From: Podarcis pityusensis
Taxonomy: Eukaryota
NCBI GenBank assembly: GCA_964106645.2
Contig: OZ067045.1
DNA length: 64,000 nt
Reading direction: 5' to 3' (one strand)
Every line of letters starts with the position of its first letter. Within the stretch, counting starts at the first letter, position 1. The notes under the pieces were generated by a model. The model was not told the DNA's origin, made no database searches, and saw only the letters and a list, made by a program, of their open reading frames with translations. Made by a program: the position numbers and the translations under genes. Below, piece after piece: positions 15,101 through 27,417 of this stretch.

Positions 15101-18100
15101 TTATATATTTGAACATGGCTATCATATCACCCCTTAACCTCCTCTTCTCCAGGCTAAACATGCCCAGCTCCCTTAGCCGTTCCTCATAAGGCATCGTTTC
15201 CAGGCCTTTGACCATTTTGGTTGCCCTCCTCTGGACACGTTCCAGTTTGTCAGTGTCCTTCTTGAACTGTGGTGCCCAGAACTGGACACAGTACTCCAGG
15301 TGAGGTCTGACCAGAGCAGAATACAGTGGCACTATTACTTCCCTTGATCTAGATGCTATACTCCTATTGATGCAGCCCAGAATTGCATTGGCTTTTTTAG
15401 ATTGGGAGCGAGCCAGACATTCCCTTCGTAAGATTCTTGTGTTTCTGGTCCCATGGCATCATCTGTAAAGCACTTGTTCTTTGGCCCCTTTCTCCCCTGC
15501 AACTTCACATTCTGCATTGCAGGGAAGGATTTTGGCTACAGGCTTAGCACAAAGCATGCATTGACATACATGCAATTTTCCGCAGGTTTATGAGGGGTTA
15601 ACTGGTCTTGAAAAGCCCTCAGTGCTGAAAGGGCTCAGCATCCTACAGGATGCAGTTATCCTTGTGACTAGTTTTCTCAGTGCAACCAACCCCAACCAAA
15701 TGTGTGGTGTTTTCTCACCAGGCTTCCTATTAGCATCTTATTCATGCCTAACCTGGAGGGCGAGGTAAACTTCAACTTGATCTGTGATGTCAAAAGAAAG
15801 AGCCAGCCCCTCTGTTTGAACATCAAAGCCACTGGCCACACCATGAATGTGTCTGTGAAGTGTCAGGAAAGTAGTGGTTTGCTTACTGAGCTGGACCCTG
15901 ACCAGCCACACCGGATCAGCTTTCAAGAGGTGAGAGCCCAGGATTATCTTATCGCTACTTGACTCCAACAAGCATCAACAATTTGCAGAATTTTCCTCTG
16001 TCAGTTCCTCCATAGTGATGGCTTGAGAAACAGTGTCTTTAACAGCAAGCTGTGTTGATGGAAACATTTCCAAGCAGATTGGCTAGGCCGATCCCTAAGC
16101 ATCAACATTGTGGATTCATTTGTAGGAAAGGTAGGGTCACAAACTGAGAGCGGTCCTTGCAGAAATGTATTCTGATCCTCTTTGGCAACACTCCAGGTGG
16201 TGACAAATTCCCTTCTCTCTCCCACTTCAGAAGGCTCGTATTATGCATGCAACTTGAGAAAAAAATCAAACTGAGCTCAGTGGAGCTTAGACCCTAGTGC
16301 AGAGGTGGGGCACGGGTGCCATTGGACTCTTAACACCTGAATGGCTTGGGTTACTGACATAGTTACTGACTGCCCTCTCCCACTTCATGGAGCCTGTTTG
16401 GCCCCCTGGTATACTACAGAGCTTAGGGCAAGGAAACAAGCTGGGAGACATCTTGAACGCAAGTGGAGGAAAGATCTGAATGAATGCAACTGAACACTGG
16501 TAAGGGCTCATTATCAAGCCTACCTAGTGGTTGTGAAGGCAGCAAAGAAAGCATACTTTGCTGCCTCCATTGCACCCTCATTATGTCCTCCTGCAGAGCT
16601 TTTCCAGGTTGTACAGGGCCTTTTACAGGCTGGCCCAAAGGAGGTTGGAGAACCAACGGTAGCTCGCTGTGACTTGTTTGCAAAGCATTTTGAGGATAAA
16701 ATCACTTGCATCGACCAAGACCTTGACTCTGCTGTTATAGCAGATGAATCTCATGGGATGTCCAGAGCACTGTCTAGTCCTGTTGTGTTGGATGAGTTTC
16801 AGTTGGTAAGGTTTGAGGATGTGGACAAGGTGCTCGGATCGGTCAGGGCAACCACTTGCACTCTAGATCCTTGCTCCTCTTGGCTGATAAAAACCAACAG
16901 GGAGAGAACTGTTGGCTGGACCAGGGAGGTGATCTATGCCTCTTTATGAGAGGGGGTGGTCCCTGCCTGTTTGAAGGAGGCAATGGTAAAACCATTCCTT
17001 AAGAAACCTTCCCTGGATTCGGAAAACCTAACTACCGGCCAGTTGCTAATCTCCCTTTCCTGAACAAGGTTCTGGAGCGAGTGGTTGCAGACCAGATTCA
17101 GGCACTTTTGGAAAAAAACTGATTTTCTGGATCCATTTCAATCGGGGTTTAGGCCCGATTTTGGCACAGAAATGTCTTTGGATGCCCTGTATGATGACCT
17201 CTATCCAGAGAGACACAAGGGAAACATGTCCCTGTTAATTATTCTTGACCTCTCAGCAGCTTTTGATACCATCGACCATGGTATCCTTCTGGAGTGACTA
17301 TCCAAACTAGGGGTGGGTGGCACCACTTTGTGGGTGGCACCACTAGCTCAAAGGAAGACAAGCCTATAACAAGCAGTGGCTCTGCAACAGTATTAATGCT
17401 GCATATTCTCTTTGCTCTGGACAGATGCAAGTCAGTGATTATGCTCAGTGCCATTTCTATATTCTGAATACTGGCAAATTTAACTTCAACTTCTCATGGG
17501 AACTTGACCTTGCCAAAGCAGTGCAGCAATATTTTGCCATCTCTCCAAATAACGAAGTAGTAGAAGCAGGGGATCGGACAGAGGTCCTGCTGTCCTTCCA
17601 CCCGCTGAAGCCATGCACCTTAAAAGATGTGGAGCTGAAGCTGCAGGTAAGGAAGACCCAGGGTCGGTGGTGGTGGGTTTCTTCTGTTGTCTGACGAGAA
17701 GGTTTCAAATCACCCACTTAATAGTTACACCAAGGATATAAAAAAATAAAGCTTAGAACTCCCAGCACAATCAGATATTGTCTTAAAAATAAAATTAGCC
17801 AAGTATATATTAGTCTGACAACTAATCTGACCAGTTCTGAGGCAGCCTCTCTCTGTGCTCACAGATCAGCCATGGACCAACATTTACTTGTTTGCTGGAA
17901 GGCTCAGCTGTGAATCCCAGCATCCATTTCTCCCTCACCAAAGTAGAGTTTGGAAGCTGCTTCATCTACCAAGGTGGAATGACCGTTTCCAAACGAATCC
18001 TGACTGTCACGAATAAGGATGCCAAGGATGCAAGGTAAGCTGGACCAATGATGTGCCTCGCAGACACAGAGCACCATGCCAGATGTGCAGGAGGTAAATT

Positions 18101-21100
18101 CAGGTGCACAGCACCAGGAGTGGTGTGATGTTGGGCTACAGGCAGAGCAAAGAGCTAGCAGGGTGGAGGGCAAAAGCTGGGAGAATCAGAACCAAGAATC
18201 ACAGGCAGGGAAGGTCAAATTGACCATTGCTCAGGCAAAGTCCCATGCCTGCCTTGGGAATTTATATAGCCCTATCAGCAAAGGGCAAATCAATACGCTA
18301 CCTGGATCAGCGGACTCTCCTTAAGAGGCATCACAGCCCTGTCAACCTTTCAATCTGCAGCATCTGTTGGGGTTGCAATTAGAAGATCTCCAACTGCTTA
18401 GATGGGCTTTTTCGGATGAGCTAGCTGGTATCATTAGTAGTCCCAACCTCCATTTTCTGCCTCACTTGTTGAAGGCAGAAGGCAATTTTGGAAAGTATAA
18501 ACCTCACCCCTGATGTGGTAGTTGACAAATGTGTGATGCCCCATTTGCACAGGCACATTAGCAGTCAGGAAGGGATGAATGTGTGACACAACACTTTGTA
18601 TCATGTCTTCTCTCTCTTTGCCTGCTCCAACTCTGCCCTGGGAGGGGCTCCTTGTGCTCTAGTGCCTTGCCTCAACATTGTCAGTGGAGGCGACAGCGTT
18701 GGTTTGTCAAAAGCCCAAAGCACTGTGCATCTCTCCACTGAGAGCAGCTATTAGCCCAAGAAAAAATGCACATAGCAGAAGCACAGAGAGTTGGAACAGA
18801 CATTAGAGCTGATCACTGTATGGAGAGGGGGGGGGGGGAGGAAGATTGTGGAGACTGTGAGAGGGTAAAAAGGAGAGGAGTGAAGTTCAACCCCTGTCAC
18901 ACTCATTTGCTTTTTGAAAATGTAGCTTAATAATTCCAAATAAGTGGCATGGATTAAATAGGCGGCATGACACAGGGCAGTTGATACAGAATTAATTAGT
19001 TTTACCATCTATATGGCAACCCTGCTACTTTTAGCTGTCAGTGATACAGATATTATAACCAGAAAGCAAATAATACAGTATACAAATAATTATAAACCCA
19101 AGTTAAATAATTAAATAAAATGATGAGGCAGGTTAATAAATAATTAAGTAAATGATTAAGTAAAAAGTTAACTGGGTAGGCAAATCAGCACACAACATAT
19201 CAGTCACATGTAAATCAATTAAAATGTGCTGTAAAAAGTATAAATTGTCACATTGTATACATAAAGATTAACCTAAACCTTAAATATAAGTTTCTTCTGA
19301 GCAACATATAGAACTCTTACAAAACAGGAAAAGAGTTATAACCTGGCACTCCTTGATATTTATTCCAAAAATCCCTTTTTTCAGTCATATTTGTGGTCCA
19401 CACGTCAAACTGTTGGAAAGCTGCTCATCTTTCAGAGTCAGAGGCACCTTTTTGGAGAAAGAATCTTTCTGTTTCAAAATGTGGTATCAGTGCCACCTAA
19501 GTCTAGAACCTAGTAGGGGCTCAGGCAGGCTTTGTGGCTGGAGAGAATGACCACCACTCTGTAAGGCTGATGATAGTCTCTTCTGCCTCTTCATAGCCTG
19601 GAATGCTTGTTCACCAACACAGCTTACCTCGAGGTTGGCTTCCATGCTGAAGTGCTGGGTGCTGGAGGAAAGGCAGAGATTCCAATCACCTTCTATCCCC
19701 GAGAGGCCATTTCCTACCATGAGGTCATCACTTTTGAAATCAATGGGGTCTTGCAGCGTAATATTGAGGTCTTCGGGAAGGGCATTGAGATGAAGGTGAG
19801 ACTGAGTGAGTGTCCTGGACCTCTGGGCTCCACAGCCAGAGAGGCCAAATTAAGACTTCAGCTTTTGTGCCTCTTATAAGATGCAGCTCAAATACGTTAT
19901 TCTTTAGGCAAGTGGGATATTTTTTTAGGAGCTGTATCTTATTTATCTTTATTGAATTGGCTTCCTTCAGCCTTGCATTTGTTGGGTTTCTACAGTCAAA
20001 TCTAAGTTGAAAGCAAGGAAAAGATCCTCCAAACGAGCAGAGGCTGCTTCTAAATTTTTACATTGAGATAGAAGAGTTAGCACTGACATGGTCATTAACT
20101 GAGGTGTGCAGAGTGGGGCAGAGCCTACTAAGTTCTTGCAAATACACAGTGACATGAAAGTGGTTGCAGACAGGGTAGGAGCAAAGCAACATGGTTAGAA
20201 CTGTTGAAAGTCTCCTCCCTGGGCTGAATATGAGATTGTTGAATTAGGCACTTCTGAAACAACATTGCATCACAGTCAGGGATATCCAAAGCTCACAATG
20301 GAAGGAGGATAGATGTTCACGACAGGGATGGGGATCATCTGTGCCCCAACTTCCAGCAGCCAGCAGGACCAGTGCTCAAGGACTGCAGGAGCTGTTGCCC
20401 AGTACGTTCTCCACCTCTGCTTGGTGACATGCTAGGCCAGAGGGAAATGGTGAGGAGTTTGACTTTCCATCACTGAAGAAAATCTGGAGATCTTGGAAGG
20501 AGACAGGGGGACTGAGGCATCTGAAAGGGAGCATCAGCACCTTCTTCAGGGCAATCCAGACATCATGAAGGCACAATTTTTTTGAGTTTTTTCTGCTTTC
20601 AGCATAATCACTCACCTGCTGTTTTTTCCTAAAAGACAATGTTGTTTTCTCAACCTTGAGCCATTCATGCACTCTCTTGGTGTCCTTTTCTCCTCATGTC
20701 TAATTGTTTTATAGACCCTTTATCACACTAGCCTGCGCCATTTTCTTACCTCTTTTTCCTGCTCCATTTCAGTTGTCCCTACTGTGTGTTTTCTTTGCCC
20801 ACAGATAGAGGTTGCAGAACCTCACAACAAAGTGCTGAAATTTGGAGCTGTCCCTCCAGGGCACAGTGTGAAGAAGATGGTGACGATAGTGAACCGCAGT
20901 GTCACTTTTGTCACCTTCAACCTAAATTTCATGTACTCTGCATCAGAGTTGCAGGAACAGAAGGTAAGGGCCCCCCCACTCTCCTGCCATGGGCCCCCTG
21001 CACCACTGGTCATTCTAACATAAGGGATTGTGTTCTTAATACTGTGATGCATTTCTATATTCAGTGGCTTAAACACTCCCCCCCCCTTGTAGGATTGCAT

Positions 21101-24100
21101 ATGCGAAATTGCTGAGAAAGAATTCAGATTAATAAGTAAGGCTACAATCCATTATTAGCTCAGAAAAGTTAAGACTTGGATATTGTTCACCTGACTCTAT
21201 TTTGAGTGAAGGAAGAAATGCTATTGCATAGCAGAATCATTAACCAAAAATGTCTTACCAGTCAAATTTGGCTTCTGGAACACTGCCAAAGCTAAACCAG
21301 GCAAACTCTCACCAAAGAGGGCCCTCCCAAACATAATGTATTTTCTGGCTTTCCTCTCCTTTTGACAACACATGGGAAGCCTGGAGGGCTTTTGTAGTTG
21401 GTTACCTTAGGAGGGGAGAACTCTGGCAAAACTTGGATTCTGCTCCAGTTTGGGCACTTTGAACTGGGTTTGAACAACTTCAGGTATATTTTATGCAGAC
21501 TAATGTTATAACTTATTTTTTTCTTCAACTGCACTCCTGTGAAATTATGACTGGTTCTATTAGCCTTGTGATCTAAATGGAACCTCCATGTTCAAGCAGT
21601 ACCATATGCTGGTGGAAAGCAAGGAAAATGAGAAATATGAGTGGTTTGGTTATTTCTAAAAATGGTTGGCTAGCAGACCAGGTAGCCTGGTCTCTACTGG
21701 GGCAATTGAATTGCTTCCCATTTATCTGGCAGGACCTTTAACAACTGCATAAGGAGAAATACGAAGCACTGTCTGTCCTACCTAGTAAGAGTGTCAAAGT
21801 TTATAACTGAGATGTTTGTTTGGATATCACATTTCACAGTTCTGAAAATTCATACCCATTTTAGATAGAATCCATCTCCCCTCTGAAGTTCAGCCCAGTG
21901 TTGACCCTCCTTGACACAACTGCCTCCAATCCAAGATCACCAAATGGCTATGTTTGCATCAGGAAGATTTCATTGGTCCTTTAGACTTTGGATATAGCTA
22001 TAGCAGTATCCTAGGCATAAGGGCCCCTGGGAGCTTTAGTTCCCAAAGATGTCCCATTAGCATCATCAGGATCCATGGGAGCTACTTTTCCCAGTTCCAG
22101 AGGGGTAGCCATGCTAGATTGCTGCAGTGAAAAGAACAAAGAGTATTGTGTAATCTTCAAGACTGACACATTTATTATGGCTTAAACTGAGGTGAACTAC
22201 AGTCCACTTCATCAGATGTGTGAAGTGTTATCCTGAGTTACAGGTACAGTATATGTTTGACATGTGGAGGAAGTGCAGGGAGGTTAAAGGGAAATGAATT
22301 ACAGAAAAGCACAGACAATTAACAGTTGTTGAAAAGACATCCTAGTGTTCTGTGAAGTATGTAGTATCCATGGATCCTGATGGGTCTACTAGGGCACCAA
22401 GAGCCATGGAACTACATCTCCCATGAATCTTTGCACTGGGAATAAGGTTAAGTCCTCCTAATTGCAACATTTTGCAAGTGAGTTTGGAAAAAAGTGAAGC
22501 ATTGAGGTGGGGATTCCAGGCCTGTTTATCAGGAGCATGAGAGGGTGTTACCTCAGAATGGGACCCAAGTTTAATTTGTTTGGGGTAGGTCCATTCTAAA
22601 TCAATCCAGGAAGAGCTTGCCCTTCACTAATTACATTTTCATGGTGCAAAAGCCATACATATGCCTGTTATGCAGCTGTTCTGCCAGTGAAAAAAGTGGC
22701 AACCTTAGCCACCAAACCTACCAGACTTGCTGGAGAAAAGCAGCCCCTTGGAGTTATCTGGGGCAATGTCTGGTCCAGGGAGTGTTCAGTCCCATCTCTC
22801 TTGGGCAGGTTCTTTCCATGACTCCATGCAATGAAATAACCCTGAAGCCCAAAGAAGGCACATGCCAAGTGGAGTTGACTTTTGCCCCGAAGAGCCGCAT
22901 CCTGCCGTTCAAAGAGGAGGTCCTGCTTGAGTGCCACGGGATCCTGCGCTCCCTCTTTGTGGTGCAAGGCTGCAGCCAGGGCATCGAAGTCAGTCTGGAC
23001 CAGGATCATGTCCCTTTTGGAGCAGTGGTGTTACGGAGCCAGGCTTCCCGCCGCATCATGATGCAGAACACAGGAGACATCGGTGTGGGGTAAACAGAGA
23101 AAGTCCTTCTGGATGAGTTTCCCTCCCCTCCCCACCCCACTCCACCATCCTTTATGCTCCACAAGGCTGGTCTTCCTCCCTTCAAGTCCTGGCTTAAGTG
23201 GCCATTCACTTGTTCCAGAGGTGTCAAAGGCAAAACAAAACAGAGAAGAAACAGGACAGTAAATCCATGTCCACTGGGCCAGCTTCAGGTGGTAAAAACT
23301 TTTGCACGTTTTTGAGTAACCCAGGATTCTGTTAGGGCAATGCCACTCACCTGAGTCTCCTTCCAATCCTGTTATCCTTCCCCCATCACCTCCCACTGTC
23401 TTTGTCACTAGGGGGTTGTGGCTGCATCAACTCCTTTTCAGTAATTCCTCTCTGTAGCCCTTCCGTGGAGCACCAACCATCTTCAGAAGGGCTAATCCAA
23501 AATGTGTGTTTTTCCAACCCCAATGGAGGTATCTTTAATAGATTGTGTCTATTACAATACCTCCAATTCCCTGCATGGCAGCAACTCTCAGCACTAGAGA
23601 TCAGCAATCTGAAGCCAGTGGGTTTGGTCTTCCCAGGTTTCCCAGGTCAGCCTCCTGTCTTTCTCTTCCAAATGTGCCTCTTGAAATGGCTTAAGAAAGG
23701 AAGCATGGAGGAAACAAGAGCAAAGGGGCTTTCTGGGTTGTCCTTCACCCTCCTGCTGAAATGCTTCTTTTTCTTTTCGTGAAAAGATTTAAATGGGATG
23801 CCAAGCGCTTCAAGCCAGACTTCTCCATTAGGCCAGTGGAAGGCTACATTTCCCCAGGAACGGACGTCTTCTTTGAAGTGACTTTCCACCCCTGTGAGCA
23901 GAGCCAGGACATCTGCTATGAGAACCTCCAGTGTCACATCCAAGGCAGAGAACCGCTCAAGCTCATGCTCACCGGATGCTGTGTGGGAGTCCCCCAGGTC
24001 AAAGAGGTACAAAACCTCCTCAACAGGACTGTTTTCGTGGGATGGCAGGTCTCACATGTGACTAGCCTGTGGAACACTCTCTGCAGCTGTATTTGCATAT

Positions 24101-27100
24101 TTGGACAGAGGATTAATGTGTTTGGATCAGACTTGGATGTGAAACCTCTGAGATTTGCACTCCCTGAACTACCATGCAAAACTGAAATACAGTTATCCTT
24201 CCATCCCCTTCCCCCCATTTGGCCATGTCCCAGCACTCTCCTTTTAGTTGTTCTTTTGTGTTTATTAAAAAATAAAGGTTGGATGTGGGTATCTCCATCC
24301 TTGCCACAATAACCTGCAACATGCACTTTTTATTTGGGGAAACTGTTTGTATCCAACCTACAGAGACCTTTTAGCTTCAGTAGGCATAGCTCAGGCATAG
24401 GCAAACTCGGCCCTCCAGATGTTTTGGGAATACAATTCCCATCATCCCTGACCACTGGTCCTGTTAGCTAGGGGTGATGGGAGTTGTAGTCCCAAAACAT
24501 CTGGAGGGCATAGCTGATGGCCAGGGGTAATGGAAATTGTAGCAGTATTTGGAGGACACCATGTTGTAGCTATCCCTGAATTACCAAATAAGGAGTAATA
24601 CAGATGTAGCAACTCAAATGTCTTCAAAATGTCCCCCAGTGATAAAATACCAGTTGCAAATGCTTTTTGTGCTTGGGGGAAGATGTGCTTTGTGGGCTCT
24701 TGAGCTCTAAGCCAGCCTTCCCCAACTGGGTGCCCTCTAGATGCTGTTGAACTACAACTCACATCATCTTTCGACTTATGGCTCTACTGACTACAGCTGA
24801 TTGGAGGTAGAGTCCAGGAACATCTGAGGGCCCAAGGTTAAGTGACTCCAGACTATGAAGGACTGGCAACAACCCCACCACCTCCAGTCCCACCCATTTA
24901 TTTTTTTCTTTGAGATGGTGCACTGGAACTCTTGCTTCCCCAGTGTAATTCCCATCTTCAGTCAGCTGCCCTGGAGAGCTTTTTCCTCTTTGTGAAGGGA
25001 AATTATTTAGCAAGGTGAAATTCAGAAAACCAGTACCGAAACAGCTCTGAAGAAAAGGAGGCTTGGACAGCCTAGTTTTGAATGTGCTAAAACCACCCAG
25101 AACATGTTCAGAATTCAAGTGTGTTGACCATATAGGAAAAAACTATGACACTCTCCGTCCCCTCCTTTCACTCTTCAGGTGGTGAATTTCACATGTCAGG
25201 TGCGGGCAAAGCACACACAGACTATTATGTTATCCAACAAGACCAATCAGGCATGGACCCTGCGGCCAATCATTGAAGGGGAGCAATGGAAGGGTCCAGA
25301 GTTCATTAGAGTAGAAGCCCACCAGCAAAACAAGCCATATGAAGTCACCTATAAACCCCTTGCCATGAATTCAGACAACAAGAAGGACCAGGTATTTCAC
25401 AACAAAGGGCAAAGATGCCGGGGGGGGGGGGCAGAGAGGATATTTTGGGTCTCAGATCAGAATTGCTAGAGAATTGGACTAGATTTGCGGGCTTCTCTCT
25501 ATGGAGACTTACTATTGGCAGCCCAAAGTTTCCATGTACCTTTATCAGCCAATTGTTTTAAAATAATTATTTTAAAGTAATATATCACACATTACTTCTC
25601 CAAGGAGCTCAAGGTAGCATACTTGGTTCTCTCCTTCCTCATTTAATCCTCGCAACAGTCCTTTGAAGTGGGTCAGGCTGAGAGGAAGTGACTGGCCTAA
25701 GGTCACCCAGTGATTTTCATGGCCAAGGATTACAATTATTTTTTTAAAAAATTAAAGATAAAATAACATTAAACTAAAAGAACACAAAACTAAGAGTTGG
25801 ATCCAATGCTAGTCATACTCAATGAAACCATTGAAGTTAATGGATCTGACTAACTTCGGTTCATTACTTTAGGTGAGCTAAAAGTATTTTAGCTGTAGAA
25901 GCACCTCTGCAGCTTCATTTGATGCTCTGCTATGTTGCATTAAGCATGATGGGCTTACTCCAGAGAGTGGCATTTCCAGAAGGCAGCTGTTTTGTTTTTC
26001 TGTTGCAAATGCCAGGTGGCCTGAGGACCATCTTCTTTTCCTAGTATCTTTCAAAGCAGCCACATTTCACAGGAGAAATCTGGTCAGGTCATGTGTGTAT
26101 CTTGAGGTTCTCATTTCTCCTCTTGCCTGTTAGGGGTCCATCTTCTTCCCCCTCCCGGATGGGACGGGGCTGCTGTACCTCCTGCAAGGCACTGCAGAGC
26201 CTCCAAAGTCTGCTGGGAACATCATAAGAGAAGTTCCATGCAAAACATTCTACACAGAACTTCTCCCCATCTCCAATTGGCTAAACAAGCCACAAAGGTA
26301 AATGGGATGGGGGAGGGGGGGTCATAGGGTTGGGACTGGCAGCTTCTGTTCCATCCAGTGCCAAGCAGGATTCTACAGTTCAAGGTGTGCCTTGGCATCC
26401 ATTGTCAGTAACCTGTTACAGGCCATGGTCCCAGGATTCTGCAGTTCCAGTGGCTGAGAGTTGCACTCTGTTGGGTGAGCTTTGGTTGCAGTCCAAGGAA
26501 AGACTTGAGACTTCTGCAGTGACCAGTGTTGAGCTCCATGAGGCTATGACTTATTCCCACAGCAGGAAGTGGGAAGGAAGGAAGGATCTATAGCCAGGCA
26601 TACCTCAAAAACCTGGGCAACACTGGTGAAGGATGCAGCAGCTAGGCTAGTCTGTGGTCTAGGTCTTGCAGTTTGGTTGCACTGTATGGCACAATAATTT
26701 TCACTTTTGTTACATCCTCCTCCTCCTAAATCCAGGGCAACAGTATAGCTCTGAGTGAGTCTCCACCTGTCTTTCTTCTATTTTATGTGAGGAAACTGCA
26801 ATACATCCCAGAGCTCCCAGCAGTTGCTTTTCTTAACCTTAGACACTTTGAGGTCCACATAAAATGAACATTGTCTCCATAGAGGTGGTTCTGAGCACCC
26901 CCAAATGTTGCTCAAACTCTTCCTACCCCCTAACCACACCAGTTTCATGCCTGATGATGATATATCTAAGCAGAAATATATTGAAGGACGATGAAATGGG
27001 TGAGATTGATGGTCCAGCTGTGCAATGAAATGTGACTCTTTTGAGTCAGGTTGGTGAGCCCCCATCAAGACTATACTGCTTGTGATGGGCCACAGGAGCA

Positions 27101-27379
27101 AAATGAATATATTCCTTTCACAATTGCAGTGGGGGGTGGTGTTTCTCCAGTGCTTCTCCAAGTTGGAAGTCAACACCTTGCCCCCAAATGGACTTTCAGG
27201 CTCCTTTCATCTTTTCCTTCTCTTTTACTTTCTGTGGTCACATCAATCAAATCCCACCTTTGAATATTGCTCCAGCAAGTCCATATTATATTTCTCTGCC
27301 AAGAAAACCCAAACTAAAGCCTTAGGATGCTATGGAATCGGACAAGAATCTTGGGTATAGGGCAGAATACAAATTTCAA

Positions 27380-27417
<38 letters not shown>

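Noticed and set aside
14868-15332. RT-like ORF as a domesticated or novel gene
   Set aside because: Ordinary 5'-truncated CR1 with its diagnostic tail
18040-18420. Possible old LTR remnant
   Set aside because: No definable termini or TSD, so no call can be supported
20600-20770. Minus-strand TATAAAA and two consensus donor-like sites (CAG|GTGAGT, GAG|GTAAGA)
   Set aside because: No recognisable peptide or partner exons; compatible with chance in the pyrimidine-rich region upstream of a HYDIN acceptor
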